This document shows, one piece after another, positions 1-14,937 of a DNA stretch of 64,000 nucleotides. This DNA is from Lobosporangium transversale (Eukaryota), in NCBI RefSeq assembly GCF_002105155.1, contig NW_019028993.1:744001-808000 (forward strand). The letters run 5' to 3'. Numbering within the stretch: the stretch's first letter is position 1; each line of letters starts with the position of its first letter. The notes beneath the pieces were generated by a model. The model was not told the origin of the DNA and did not search any database. It saw only the letters and a program-made list of their open reading frames with translations. The position numbers and the translations under genes were made by a program.

Positions 1-127
1 TAAGGTATACAGTCCTCGTCAGAAAGTCGTTGACAAATATACTTTCAAGATTTTTAAATCAGATAGAGTTTCCTCCATTCCAGACAATCAGCCACCAAAT
101 CACGACTTTCTGGCAGGAACTCGATAT

Positions 128-1795
128 TCAAAAACGACTTGTTTCTACAGCGTATTCTATTGCACCCATACCTCCGCCCAAAATAATGACAATTGGTGCA
201 GGGATATCCAAATATCCCGAGGCTACAAAAGCTGCACTGGCAATCACAACATGGTAGCCACTGTCTCCACCCAACAGATTCGTCTGGATCCACAGCAGCC
301 ATGTTGCGGAAAACACCAATCCTAGCGCACAGGCGTTAACACCTCTGAACACCATTTTGACCGAGGGATGCTCGCGAACAGATTGCCAGAATGGAATGAT
401 TGCGTTCTTGAGGATAAGGCCAGGAAAGAAAATAGCCAAATAGCCTAGAATTGCTCCTGGGATACCACTCCGACCAGCATTGACCATGGCAACTGCGCCC
501 AAAAAGCATGCAAAATTAAAATTAGGCCCTGGCATTGACTGAATAAGAGCGAGTCCCACAAGAAATTGTTGATCCGTCATCCAGCCAGGGTCAACCATGT
601 ATGTTCTTAACAAAGGGATGATGACTGGGCCGCCACCGAAAATGATGGAGCCCGTAAAATAGAATGTTGCGACTAACGGACCATACTCTGCAGTTTGAGA
701 GATAGGCACGAGGGCGCGGACGAGGATTGCAGCGATAAGGAGGGCCAAAAACACCAAAAAGAAGAAGAAGCCTAGTTTTTTCGAATATGAGAAGGCCTTT
801 CGTGTGGTGTCGTGCTGCTAGAGAAATGGGCGAAGCACGAGTGTTAAGGTTTGTTTAAAAGTCATATTTTTTTTCTTTTAAGAAAATAGAGTATACCTTG
901 ATGTCATCTAAATATTCTTCTGTTTTAGAGGCCCCTATCTTTTCTCGACTCCTAATTGAACCTTTGATGCTGGCGGGTTTTTGTACACTGACTTCAGATT
1001 GCACCAACTCAACATCGCGAGGTTCACCGCAGCCATCTGTAGTTTCAGAATTAGATGGCACCTTTGCGGTCTCCCCTTTCTCCACATCTTTGTCTACGGT
1101 TAGTAGCTCCTTTCCCTTGGGCTTGGTTTTCTGTGCTTTCCGCTGGCTACCAAACGGTGCCAAGAACGCATCAAAGATATAGCTGACAACGCCGCCGGCA
1201 ATCATCACGACAGGCAACAGCCATGGTGCAGTATAAAGAGCTGTAACGCCGCCTGCTACCAATGCCAAAACCCTAGTCAATTTATCCGTGGCTAGCGTTG
1301 TCGACATTCTGTACGCAGCAAGCCCAACTAATCCCAGTGCAGCGGAGGCAAGCCCCTGCTCCAGCCGCGTTGCCCATAAAGGGATTTCCCCTTTAATACT
1401 ACCGATTAAAGTTCCTACGACAGTCATTACAATGGCTCCTGGAATACTATAAAAAAATAAAGATAGTTAAATTCGGTTTAAGGGGCATGTCTGGAAACCT
1501 AAAGACAGCTGTGATTGTACCTCCAAAGAAGAAAGGCTACAATGGAGCAAAGAAAGCCAGATCGGACAAGTGCCAGGCTATAGGCTAATTCTGTGCTTGC
1601 TGGCCCAGGTAGGGCCTGACAAATAGCGAAAAGCTCTGTAAATTGCTCGCTGCTAATCCATTGGCGCTTGACAACGATATCATCATAAAGGATGGCGATA
1701 TGGGCTGCGGGGCCTCCGAAAGTCGTGTAACCAAGCTTGAAATAAGTTTGGATTGTTTCAGTGAGGCGATCCCTTAATGGAGGAAAAGATGCCAT
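128..1795 (-). CDS. Chromate ion transporter (CHR family, two-domain); exons 1795-1521, 1446-897, 817-128
   Basis: Duplicated CHR motifs (TTFGGPAAH...QALPGP and IIFGGGPV...QSMPGP); GT-AG introns join three ORFs in frame. Confidence 0.9.
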
Positions 1796-2239
1796 GAGTA
1801 AAGAGAAATGAGCTGGCGGGACCGCAGCAATAGAGAGAGAAAGAGAGAAAGAGAGAGAGAGAGGGAAAGGAGAGAGAATGAACTTGGTGGGAGAGAGATG
1901 AGCGATTCAAGAGGACAATGGAGTCAACATGGAGTGCGAGAATAAAATGTTTAAATAACATTTTCAGGCAAACAAACTTTCCGTGTTTTTCAGATGCAAC
2001 GTGCGTTCTCTCCGACACCTTGTTGGCATGAGAGCCAAACATCTTTTTTTTATGAGCTAAAATGTTCCTTGGAGCATTAATTTGACGCAAAATGAATTTA
2101 GACTTCAACACCCTGGAGGCTTTAGACCATTATGAGTACCGCTGTGGTTAGACAAAGTTGGCAGACACCATCCTTCACGCAAAGAAAAACGATCCTTTCT
2201 TTTTTCCATTGCCTTCCATCATTCTAGAATTGCGTGATA

Positions 2240-5200
2240 ATGGCATCGATTGACTCAGTATCTAATACTCAGACCCCTTGTCCGCATCCAGATAGATTCT
2301 CGTCACTACGTTCCTGCTCAGACTCAGTATCTTCACATACTGGTGACAGAAGTAAAGCCAATACTCCGTCGCCTACCAACGCATCGATCACAGGCCGATC
2401 CAAGGCGTCGGGGCCATCTTCGTCCTCAAAACACTCAAATAGCTTTATAGCAGCAGTTGTTGAAGGCCGTGGTACCAGAGCGGAAGTTGGCTTATGCATT
2501 TGCGATCTTAAGACAAGCGAGGTTGTTCTTTCACAGGTAGTCTAAAAGCGCTATTACATACATTTCCTAAAGTTCATCCTAACTTAGCAGAAAAAAGCAA
2601 TGATAGATTGTTCTACCAATTTCTAATAGTTAGCTGATTCCTCAACTTACGCGCTGACACTGGCAAAACTGAGCGTCCATGCGCCCTTCGAGGTAAAATG
2701 GAGCCTGTGTCACAAACTTATTGACATACCACAAGATTATTATAGTCTTTCTAATGATTGCTTAGTAGATCCTGGTCCCCGCAACAGCAGTAGGCCCGGT
2801 AAAATCCAAGCTCGTCGTTGCTATTGAAGAGTATTTGCCATTCAGTACGATCACGCCAGTTTCGCGACAGCTTTTCAGCGATACAACCGGTAAAGCTAAG
2901 CTTATGCGCGAGGTCTAAGTACCTTTCACCTTTTTTTTAGTAAAATAACATATTTTTGCATTGGCAATGGTTACAACAGGTTTACAGTACATCCAAAAAT
3001 ACAATGTCAAAGAGGATTCCGCGTCTTTACTACTTGGAATCCCGACGAAGTACTTTTGTTTAGCCGCTACTGCGGCCGTCTTTCACCATATTGAGGAAAT
3101 GCGCAATGCAACTTTCTTGAGTCATTCAGTCCTATTCAAGTACCAGATCTGTTCGGAATTCATGATCATGGACTGCACTACCACTAAAAATCTTGAGCTC
3201 ACTGTCAATTTATCAGGTCGAAATGACAAAGAGACGCTGTTTGGGGTTCTGAATGAGACGTTGACCCCCATGGGGTCTAGATGTTTACGAACTAATATCT
3301 TGCAGCCGCTCTGCGACCAGAAAACTATCAATACGCGCCTAGATTGCGTCCAAGAGCTTTCTCAGAATGAAGACACATTCTACGCCCTTAAAACTGGACT
3401 CAAAGCATTTAGAGACACTGACCATCTTATCACCTCGTTTATTCAAGTACCAACTAAGCCAAGTATCAAGCACTCAGAGCAGAGCGTCAATCGCATCATT
3501 AATCTAAAGCATACATTGCATTCCTTTGCTGCCGTTACAGAGGCATTGAATCCATGCAAAAACAGACTTCTAAAGACAATCCATCGGCTTTTGAGCGATT
3601 TTCGTCTAGCCAAGTTTATGGAGCTGATCGATAATGTCATCGAGCCAACTGTCGTTTTAGAAAAAACTGCCTTGGGACTCCGAAACCAACGATGTTTTGC
3701 TGTCAAAGCTGGATATAACGGGCTCCTTGATGTTGCGCGCCAGACTTATAAGGAAGCAATTAACGACATTTTTGATATAGTAAACCGCTATGTAGAGGAG
3801 TATGACATTAGCCTCAAAATCCAATTCAGCGTAACGATGGGATATTATCTCTCAGTGACAATGGACCAGCTCACAGGGGCCGAGCTACCACTAGCATTCA
3901 TCAATGTTGTCAAGAAAAACAAAACTTTAACATTCACGACACTCGAGCTTGTCAAGAAAAACGCCAAGATTAATGACTCCTTGATGGAAGTCTACTTGAT
4001 GTCCGATAAGATCGTCAATGATCTTTCCAACGAGATCCAGTCTGACATCGTGGCCCTCTACAAAGCTTCGGAAGCCATCGCTTTGCTAGACATGATATTG
4101 TCATTCGCTCATCTGTGTACAGTGAGGAATTATGTCCGACCAGATTTTGCAGATACTCTCGTCATTAAGCAAGGCAGGCACCCGGTAGTTGAAAAGATCC
4201 ACTCAACACATTTCGTGCCGAACGATACATATGTTAGTGCGGCAAATACATTTCAAATCATTAGCGGTCCGAATATGAGCGGCAAATCGACTTACCTGCG
4301 ACAAGTAGCTCTATTGACGATTATGGCCCAAATAGGATGCTTGTAGGCCTTTGATATCGGTTTAACAATACTTGTGGTTATTTAACGGTATCCGTGATTA
4401 CCATATCTGATCTTTTTTTTTTGTTCTCACCATTAAAGTGTACCTGCTGAATATGCTGCTTTTCGAATTACAGAACAGGTATGATGCCTACAAATTTTAT
4501 TTTGACCGTTATTTAATGATATCGTTGCCTTAATAAAGATATGTTTTTGCTCTGTCATAGCTTTTCAGTAGGATCTGCAGTGACGATAGCATTGAGCTCA
4601 ACGCATCAACCTTTATGCTCGAGATGAAAGAAATGGCTTATATCCTTCATAACGTCAACGAGAAGAGCCTTGTCATCATTGACGAACTTGGTCGAGGTAG
4701 GCTATTGAGTTCGTTACGCTGAAACATTTACTCAGTACCTCCTGATCATGAACTCTTTAATACATTACGGATAGGAACATCCACGCATGATGGCCTCGGG
4801 ATAGCGTTTGCAGTCTGTGAAGACCTGATTCACTCCCGAGCCTTTGTATTCTTTGCCACTCATTTTCAAGAGTTAACAAGAACACTAGCCGTGTATCATA
4901 ACGTTGCCAATCTGCATCTGGAAGCTGAGGTCAGAGATATCAAACTCAGAAGGGGTCCCGGTAACCTGTATTATATGCAAATGGCATGCTTATCAAACAA
5001 ATATATTTTCTTATTCTCTGTATTTTAGATATCAGGTGTTTGTAGTACACCTCGAGTCGTTTTCAAGTATCATCTAGCCCAAGGCTATGCAAAAGAAGAA
5101 CATTATGGCAAGCTCTTAGCATAGAAAATCCTTGTTGCTCTGCATTATGGGCCAATAATAACTTTTTTTTTTTTATTTTTTAATATAGGCCTCTCTTTGG

Positions 5201-5564
5201 CAAAATCTCTTGATCTCCCACCTGATATCATATGTCGTGCAGTACAAGTCTCGGTGGGTTTGGCCAGCCTTCAGGAGAAAGCACGCCAAGGGTCTGAGAG
5301 CGAAAAAGTTGTTGCTCGTCGACGTGTCCTGGCTCAGGTTAGGATTAATATTGAATACTGTGTATTGTTATGCTTCGCTTGCAGATCTTGAACGTCGAGT
5401 AATTTGTTTAGATGGTTAACGAGTGGTCTTTTTAGATTGCTCACGAAGTCGTGCTGATTCAACAGGTATCAGAGCGTATGTCCCAGAAGGAGCTCATATT
5501 GGCGTTGCAGGACACACAGCAACGAGCCATCGCGCAGATGCTTGCGATCCGTGGGCGGGGTTGA
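2240..5564 (+). CDS. MSH4: MutS homolog 4 (meiotic), multi-exon
   Basis: P-loop [32 protein letters not shown] and HYGLSLA motifs; MSH4-type N-terminal VVEGRG..EVG segment; no mismatch-binding domain apparent. Confidence 0.85.
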
Positions 5565-5743
5565 GAGCAAAAGTAACACACGACATTTGCATAAAGCTAA
5601 CTAAAGTTCCAAGGGTTGCAATCGACAAATCACATTCCACGTAGCATAAACCTAAATAAAATATTCTGGCTCGACAGAACCAATTTTCATCTCATTTCAC
5701 CATTTTTCACCACTAACGGCAATCAACGGAAAGAGTATCCTAC

Positions 5744-8700
5744 ATGGCATATCTCAGCGATTTTGTCAAGTCAACTCTTTCCAGGGTTGTTCTCGGCAAA
5801 GAAATCCCTTCCTTTCCGTACACAATTGGCGAGCGCATTGACTCATTTGATTCCACTATTTGGTCATTACACAGAGGCATCAAACGAGTAAGAGGATGCA
5901 GGAAAATGAGGTCGAAAGGCTATTCGGCCCGGAAAAATCAATTGTACTCTAGTGACATTGAATTCTTAATATGCAGACATTATGTTCGATACATTTCTTC
6001 TAGGAGGATAATTCTCCAGTGTCAATTCTATGCTTTGACTGTGTCCGCCAACGCGACAAACTACCACTTGCAAGGAATGCCTTCAAAAAGTTTCGAACCA
6101 TTCGCCATCCTGATCTGATCAAATACATCGATGGTGTAGAGGTACAATTGCTACTCCATGGCGGCATGAATAGAAAATAGAGAGACATAGAGACACAAAC
6201 AGAAGAGCCATTGATTTTAAGAACCATGACATTAGCCGGCTGTTAACCATTCTATTATTCAATATTTAGACAGAGTCGCACATTTACATTGTCACAGATG
6301 CTGTCACACCTTTAGAGACTCATCTCCGTGCCAACATTAATCCCAATTTGATCCGCTGGGGCCTCTACAAAGTTGCTGTATGTCTGGCTTTTTAGGCTTT
6401 CCAGGTTATCCATGTCGCTAATCAATTTATCAGCCAATTCATCACAGTTCGCAATTCTTCGATAACAATACAATAGAACGTTTTAAGATTTCTAACTGTT
6501 GACGCCTCATTTATTCATGGAAATATCCGGACCTCATCTATCTTTACCACCAAATCTGGAGAATGGAAAGTTGGAGGGTTTGAAGTGCTTTCCTCACTCA
6601 AAGAAGATCAGCCTGCTATTCTGGTAAGTTGTGGATAGTGTCCATCAAAAGAACCCACATTTATGTACCTGATTTTGGTCATGGATTTCTACTGAGGCTC
6701 CATGTTCTCGCTCGCAATAGACTTTTGCAGGATTAATTCCAGATTCTAATCGCTATGCTCCACCCGAAGTCAAGAAGAAGTCGTGGAATGTTGTGAAAGA
6801 GTAAGTCAACGAAGTGTTTGATTGTTGGTGAGCTAAAAAAAAAGAAACTGACGTGGTGCTATTGCTTCCATTACCCTATATTATAGATATGAGTTGTGGT
6901 CAACGGATACTTGGCACTATGCATGCTTAATCTATGAAGTTTACAATGGAGCTTTCACTTCTCCAGATCAGCTCATGACGCCAGGACAGATTCCTGCAGA
7001 GATGGTGCCATTTTATAAAAACCTGCTTCGACCGGACCCCAAGACTCGGCCCAGTGTCGGCGACTTCTTGGACAAGGGCTTGCAGGCAAAAGGATTTTTT
7101 CATAATGATCTTGTGCAAGTGGTTCTCTTCCTTGAGAACTTTTCTGTCAAAGAGTCTCTGCAGAGGGATACATTCCTCAGGAAATTAGATATGCAGATCG
7201 ATAGATTTCCACAAGAATTTTGTCGATACAAGATTTTACCAGAGTTGATCCATGCACTCGAGTATGGGTCAGGTGGAGCCAGAGTTTTACCACCGATTGT
7301 AAAGATCGGGGCAGGGTTAGATGAGCAAGAGTACGAAACTTTGATAAGCAGTGTGCTCGTGAAGATGTTTGCGTCAACAGACCGTACCATCCGCCTGAGT
7401 TTATTGGAGAACTTGGGTGGCTTTATTAACAGGATTAACAAGAAAGTTGTCAACGACAAGATCTTTCCTAGCATGGTAGGCTCAATACGCCGTGTTAATG
7501 TATTGAGATAAACGGAGGATGTAATCTTTATCAGCATTCTTACTATCTTTTTTTTTTTTTTTTTTTTTTGCATTTTAATAGGCATTGGGATTCACAGATA
7601 CGGCACCTATTATCCGTGAGTGGACGGTAAAATCGGTCTTGTTGATTATTAACAAGCTATCTGACAAGGTTATCAACTACGATTTGCTGAGATACCTCGG
7701 CAAGCTTCAGACAGATGAGGAGCCGGGTATTCGCACCAACACAATCATCTGTCTCGGAAAGATTGCAAAATACCTTAACGACAATACTAAGGGCAAGATT
7801 CTTGTCCCTGCATTCACACGTAGTTTGCGTGACCCATTCGCTCATGCTCGCATTGCGAGTTTGATGGCTTTGAACGGTTAGACGTGTGTCTCGTTGTGTG
7901 AAATCATGAGGCAGTTATTGTAATACTTGTGTTTCATTCATCTTTTTTGTAATTTTATATATTATAATAGCCACGTCAGAATCCTATGACAAGAATGATA
8001 TCGCGGTGCGAATTATACCCTGTATCTCACTAACACTCGTGGATACCGAAAAGTAAGCAAATATCAGTATGATACATCTTTCACTGGAAATGCTACGTTT
8101 TAGAATCTGAAATAAGTTTATTGACTAGTTGCTGTCGGATTTCTTACTGAAACTAAGAATTGTGCGTGTGCAAGCACTGAAATCGCTGGATACTTTCATA
8201 AAGCGGATCGAGAAGTTGATTGAGAACATGGTATATTTTAAAGGCCTTTATGTATTGTAAAGTCACCCGTACAAAGAAATCGATTTTGGTACTAATCACT
8301 CCTTCCCACAACAGCCTGATTCAGCCATTGTCGATGCAGGTAGAGACAGTCCCAATGGAGGGTCACGCTCTGCCACACCATCCACACCTTCGTCCGAGAC
8401 CTGGGCTGGTTGGGCAGTGTCATCCATCACTAAAAAACTTGTCACTGGTGAGATGCAGCCTCAAGCCGTTTCTCCTCAGCTCGGAAATGATAGTCCATCG
8501 TCTGCCAACATAGCACCTTCTACTGGCAATGGTATGTCCTTGTCCAGCGCATCGAATTCGTCCAATGGCTTACAAATCGCTGCGCAAGGTGGATATGCAG
8601 GCGCAAGACCAGCAGATGGATTTTCTGTAAACCGATACTCCTCCGCATTAGCAGCTATTGAGAAAGACGAGGCTACTAATAGTGGCGGATTAAGTGGATG

Positions 8701-9327
8701 GGGTGACGGGGATGAAGATTTATTTGCAGACGAGGGTTTCGAGCCTATGGAGCCCACCACACCTTCACCAATGGTTAGCTCAGGAACAATCAAGCCTACA
8801 ACTTCGACCACTATAACCAAGCCTCTGAGAAACGCAAATTCAGCCATGTCTCTGGGGCCTAAACCTTCAGCCCGACTTGGTTTTGGAGCTGTAGACGATG
8901 GCAGTACAGGTAAACTTAACTTTTGTCTTTTTATTATATTTTTTTATTCTTATTTTTGTTTTTATGAACAAAAAATTAACATGTATTGCTCCTTTGGTCA
9001 CCGTTCACTTTAGACGCATGGGATGGTGATGATGATCTATTCAAGAACTTAAACTTGAGTAATGGTGGCGGTGGAAGCACCAGCACTGGTGCTAGCAGAC
9101 CTTTGTCCTCATCCCTGAAACCGCTCAGCAGATCATCATCTACATCCTCGAACTCTATAACAGCATCATCCTTTACAGGCACGACGCCAGCCTCTGGGAC
9201 TGCCGGCTCCGCACGCAAGGAAGAAAAGATGGCTGAGCTCGCACGGAAACGAGAGGAACGTCGTCAACGGATGGCCGAGGCCAAAGAGCGGAAAGCACAA
9301 TCCACACTAGGCGCGAAGAAAATATAG
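5744..9327 (+). CDS. CEX1: SCY1-like pseudokinase with HEAT repeats (SCYL1/Cex1)
   Basis: RNAFKKFRTIRHP, GEWKVGGFE, GFTDTAPIIREWTVKS, DEEPGIRTNT, RDPFAHAR; C-terminal LGAKKI. Confidence 0.85.
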
Positions 9328-9477
9328 CGAAAATAGTGATAGTTTCTAAAAGTCAAAAATAATGCCTTTCCCCCACTTATTATTGATTACTACTCATTAA
9401 CACATACGTTAAATGGACAAATAGTATGTAGGATGATGACAAATGTTTTTTTTTTTTTTTTTTTTTTGTGGTTTTCT

Positions 9478-12077
9478 CTATCGCCGCTCTATCTCAGCGT
9501 CCTCACCCTCAAGGCGTCTGGCAGCTCCACCTAGGACGCCAGTAGCGGTTCCGCTAGCCTCCGCCTCTTCATGGTCATCCTCCAATTTTTCTTCCGCATA
9601 TGCAGGCAGCCCTGTAGCCTCAATGACGCTCTCATACGTTGGAAGGCCAGCTTCTGTCTCTCCTGCAGCCTGTGCCAGCGTCGAAGCGTCCACGAGCGCA
9701 GTCGAAACCACGCGTACAACTCGTACAGGGATCTCTTCTGTTGCGACTGAGCATGTGTATGAGGAAGACGCAGATCCTGTGGATAAAGCCGACAAGTGCA
9801 CAAGGTTTTTCGGCCTGGAAAGTAAAGATGGTGGTGGCGGAAGGTCTAAAGGCTGGCCGGAATCTTGCACAACTGGGGAAATATCGGTATAGACTTGCGT
9901 TGTTGAAGAACCAGTGTCATCACCATCTGTGAACATCTTTTTTTCATCTAGTTTCCATACAGGCTGCTCAAGCTCAAGGTCAGCTTCACTTTCAGACTCT
10001 ATATGGGCAATTGATTCTGTACCATCGGTTTCTATTGCATCGCCTTCCTGGTCCCATAGTGATGGTAGAGAATGCTGTTGCTGTTGCTGCTGATATTCTA
10101 TTGCGAGTTGTGACATTTGCAGTTGTTGTTCCTCCTGGGATAATTGTTGTTCATCCTGTCGTTGCTCCCGTTCTTGGGGAGCAGGCTCCTGTTGTTCTTC
10201 TGAAGGTGCTATAGAAGGAGGTACGACGATATACGACTCATCATCAGCTGTATATTCGACTTCGACTCTAACTGTGTGGCTGATTTGAATCCAATTACTC
10301 TGCACATCCACACAAAGGTCGGGAGAAAGGACTAGCTGAAAATTTAAATTTTGAGTCTGTAGTTCTGATGTTGGCTCTTCGAATTCAACCTCAAGCGGCT
10401 GTGCAATTGCGCGGGTTAAGAGCCGAGGTGCTGGTGGTGGTCCTGAAGTGCTAGGAGCAGGTTCTGGTACTGGTGAACGGGCATAGCCCCATGGAGGTGA
10501 TGTTGCTGAAGCAGAGGGATGAGTAGGCGTTGCGGGCGAAGCAAGAGGTACGATGGCCTTAGGTATGCTTATTTGAGGTGATGATGTTCGCTGGTATCTA
10601 TTTTTAAGATATATAAAAAAAGAATATATATTAATAGTGTCATGATAAATAACCCAAAAGAATAAGAAGACTATGAACCAGGGCAAGTCCATTGAACGGG
10701 TAACGCATTCTTTTCATACCGATCTGTCTCAATTTGTTCAAATACGACTTTAGCCTTGCGTAGCTTGACATTCCGTGTCCTTGGCTTTGCGTACAGCTCC
10801 ACGGCCAACAGCGTATTTTCACAGTGTAGCAGCCTAGGTACCTTGATCTGGATCTCGACTCCACCGCTGTCTAACCCTTGGACGACTCTGGGCTGCAAAT
10901 AGGATGATGGATAGACAATCCTGTGGATTAACACGGGTCGACGTAGGATAAAACGTTCTGTTAATGCATCGGCGGTACCCTGTGCAATGGTGATCTCCAA
11001 GCTAGCTTGAAGTTCGTATCGAATCTTGCCAATTGCTAAATCAGTACTATCTGGCAGATGGCCTGGTAATGTCAGATCAATGGGTAATGATTCATGGTGC
11101 TTTGATTGCGTTTTATTGCTAGCTGTAGCTGCTGTGGTCCTAGCAGAGCCAGTAGTTATTCCTGTTCCTGTCCCTGTTCCTACTTCTCTTCCCGCTCTTA
11201 TTTCTACTTCGGTTCTAGTCTCCGCTATAATTTCTGTCCCTGCGTCTGCTTGCGGTTTTGATGCTGATATTGTCATTTCTAGTCCTTTATCCGCACTCGT
11301 CCCTACGAGCACATCAGTAGATGATGAAGGTGCATGAATAGGCGGTGGACCCAAAACTAAGGGGGTGGGGATATAATCATGGGTATGATGAACAGGTGTT
11401 TCTGTCGTCAGCGACGATCCCTCTATGCCTGATTCATATCGAAGAACGACAGTATCCTAAATATATTACAGCAAAAGTTGAATGCCAGTTTATGAGCAAG
11501 AGAGAAAAAAAATATGAAAAAAAAAAGGTTGTCGAGTGTCAATAGCACGTTCATCATCTCCCCGACTGTTTCTTCTATGTCCTCCCCTATAATACACGAT
11601 ATGTTACTTTACCGCATATCCCATAAAGTCTATCCGGGCATCTTTAAGTAGTATCTCCGATTCACTGACCCAGTCCAGGCTGATGCTACCCTTGAGAGAA
11701 TACTGGAAGCTATCGTTGGATCGATCGTAGATCTCAATTGTATCTGACTCGAGTTCGAGAGCGGCTATCAAGCCCCAAGCGGTGGTGTAGGAATCAGGTA
11801 CAGATAAGTTAACAGGGGGAAGTTGGTGTGGGTTCTGGAACAGACGGCATTGGGGTGGTTGGTAACCAAAATGCGGTTGTTGAGAAGAAATGGTGATCAC
11901 ATCCTCTGTTGTTTGCGCTACAGCAGAATAAGGTGGCTCTAAGTCATGAATTTGTGGCCGACCATGACCTGGGTCGAAAGTAGTATTAGTAATATGATGA
12001 ATGTCAGAGTAGGATGGGGTTCTTTCCTCGGAGTATGCATTTTCCGCAGCGTCTTTAGGTTGGTAGGTACTTGACAT
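9478..12077 (-). CDS. Alpha-arrestin-like protein (3 exons)
   Basis: Arrestin-like segments (LPGHLPDS...GKIRYELQA; WIQISHTVRVEV) and PY-type motifs (PPY, LPTY, LPAY). Confidence 0.65.
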
Positions 12078-12598
12078 TGGATGAAGAAGGAAGAGTGGGG
12101 TGGTTAAATGTCTGTATTATTTTTTGTTGATGTATATTGCAGATGTTGACTTTTGTTCTTATGTGAGCAATGGTGAGTGTCAATTCTTAAAATCCTTTAT
12201 CGTTTAGTGCGTATTGAGTAAAAAAAAAAAAAGCGTGCAACAGTGCAACAACAGCGCAACAGTAAAAGTACAGAGTTGTGTGCTATTCATTATTGGCGAG
12301 TAAAGTAACGGAGGCGTGCTTGCAGCTTGATCCTTTCCTAACGCATATTTTCGCAGGCTATTTTTTTGTCTAACCCTAAATCGTAATCATGACTCTTATC
12401 ATGGATGCTTCCAGCATGCTTTCTCGCCTTGAGTTCTGTTGTAAAGCACATATTTCTCAAAGATTCACGTTTTTGTTGACGCGTTGAGCTCCGAAGCACA
12501 GCCACGCATCACGCCTTGTGACCGCTTTGTGCGTGTTTATGAATGTTTACATGTTCTCTTACCCCATAGCAACTTGTTCTCCGACGACTCCATTCGAC

Positions 12599-13846
12599 AT
12601 GCCACTGTTACCTTTTAGCCATATTATCTGCCACCCTACCAAGGATGTTATTGTCTTATCCTTTGGCGAGCACCTACAAGCCGTTGATGCCAAGTAAAAA
12701 AATAAAAAAAAAAAAAAAAGAAAAAGAGAAAAATAAAGAAAAAGAATAGGAAAAAAGAAAGCGGTTGCAGGAGGCTGGATATGCTTTCGATAACAAGGGC
12801 AAAAAATGACACATATTCATAAACGACATTTTGCATTGTATCAAATACAAAATACAAAATTTTTAAAAAAAAAAAAATATCCATAGAAGCGGACTGATAA
12901 TTGCTAGTACTGTCGAATTGGAGGAACGCGATTCAAGGGGCTTGCAACCTCAGCCCATCACCAATACACCTGATGCTGCTCAGGAGAACAAGGCTTGTGT
13001 GCAGGTCCTTGCTTTCAGTCCGGATGGCGCATATCTGGCAACAGCTGCTGATGATAAAATCTTGAAGATCTGGGATACAGAGTCATGGAAATGTCTTGGA
13101 ACAAGGTCAGAGGTTAACTTCTTTATTTATTTTATTTATTTTTTTTTAGAAAAAAAAAAAAAAGAGAGAGTAGAATGGATTTTATTCAGAAATTAATTTA
13201 ATCGAGATTTTTTTTTTTTTTTTTTTTTTTTTCGAATAGAACACTCGTTCGTCGTTCTAATGCTCTCCAGTTCAGCAAGGATGGAGCTCACGTTGTCACC
13301 GCTGATAAATTTGGAGATGTTTATAAGTAAGTCTCGCAGTCTGATATGACTGTAGCTCTGAATGAAATGATCAAGTCTTTTAGTAGTATTGTGACATTGA
13401 ATGAAAATGAGAGTAGTGTTGACACAGCCGTTGCTTGCATCACATAGTATGGTCCGTGATCTGCCCGATGTCATTCCTATAAAGACAAGTGATACCAAAA
13501 TCACAGACGATGGTGATGATGACGATGATGACGATGAGGGAGAGCAACCCATCCTTGGACATGTCTCCATGGCAACTGATCTTGTAAGGCTGCAGTTGTA
13601 TGTTATGACTTGTCTTTTCCAACGCTCGGATAAGGGCCTACTCTGCTGACTCTTTTTTTTTTTTTTTTTTTTTTTTTCTAACTTTTCAACTCGCATTCGG
13701 ATCAGGCTTTGACTAAAGATAACAAGTATATCATTACCTCAGATCGTGATGAGCATATCCGTGTCAGTCAATACCCTAAGGGCCACAACATTGAGACTTA
13801 TTGTTTGGGACACACGAGGTAGAGGGCAATTTAGAAGGAAACGATC

Positions 13847-13877
<31 letters not shown>

Positions 13878-14743
13878 CAGTGCTTCTAAGATGGAGCAAG
13901 ATAGATTATATTAATTCAGGCGGCTTGTTGCATTTATAGTTTTGTGACCAAAATTATGGTCCTACCAGGAACAGAGGAAACTGAAAAGTATTTGCTTTCT
14001 GGAGCTGGCGATGCCACGATCCGCGTGTGGGAGTTTCTGAAGGGCAAAGAGATCCAAACATTCGATATCCGTGAGGCATTAGGTTTGCCCCCAGCAGAAG
14101 AAGATGCTGAAGAGGATCTGACAGTCTTCTCGTTTTCCATCTGTAGTATCAAGAAGCATATTGCTGTCATCATGGAAAAGTAAGAACTTGGTCGTTTAAT
14201 TTTCTTTATACTCCAAAGCAAGGAAGGCACTAAGCGGCTGAGCAACCGATACAGCCACTCACCTTGGCCATTCTTTTCTCTACTCTATGGTAACGTACCT
14301 CATGATCTTGTAGAGAGTCTAGATTATTGATCTTGCAGTGGAATGAGGAAGCAGCCAAGGTTGAGCTGTTCAAGATCCTAGAGCTCGAGGGAAAGCCATT
14401 ATCTGTTGAATATGACCGCTCAGGAAATTTGTGGACGTCTGTTGTCCCAGAAAAAAGCAAGACCGATCTCGTCTCCGTGTTCAACAGGGAGTACATGCAG
14501 CAGGAAGATATTACAAAATATATCAACGTCTTTGGTTCGAAAACTGTTCAAACTATTCCAGATCTGTTCAACACTGAAGAACTGAGAAAACATACGACTG
14601 ACTGGCGCGAGTTAAAGAAGGCTCGCGAAGAAAAAGAGGCAGCTCGTTTGGCAGGAGATCCTGATGCACCATTATCCAAGAAGAGAAGAAAGAACAAAAA
14701 TTCCAGAAAGATTCCTGAAACCACACCAACAACTTCAGCATAA
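12599..14743 (+). CDS. TRM82: tRNA m7G46 methyltransferase non-catalytic WD40 subunit (Trm82/WDR4)
   Basis: [39 protein letters not shown] and [12 protein letters not shown] across exons. Confidence 0.9.
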
Positions 14744-14805
14744 ATAAATCTTTTTTTTTCTGTATTTGTAATTTTGAATTATCAATGTTCTATCCAGCAA
14801 AATAG

Positions 14806-14836
<31 letters not shown>

Positions 14837-14937
14837 CGTAGACGATTTTTCTTTATTTTGTTACTGTAGGAAGGTTCAAGGGAGTGGAGCAAGAGGGGAA
14901 GGTTACAGAGATGAAGTAGTCTTAAAAGAGAACCACT

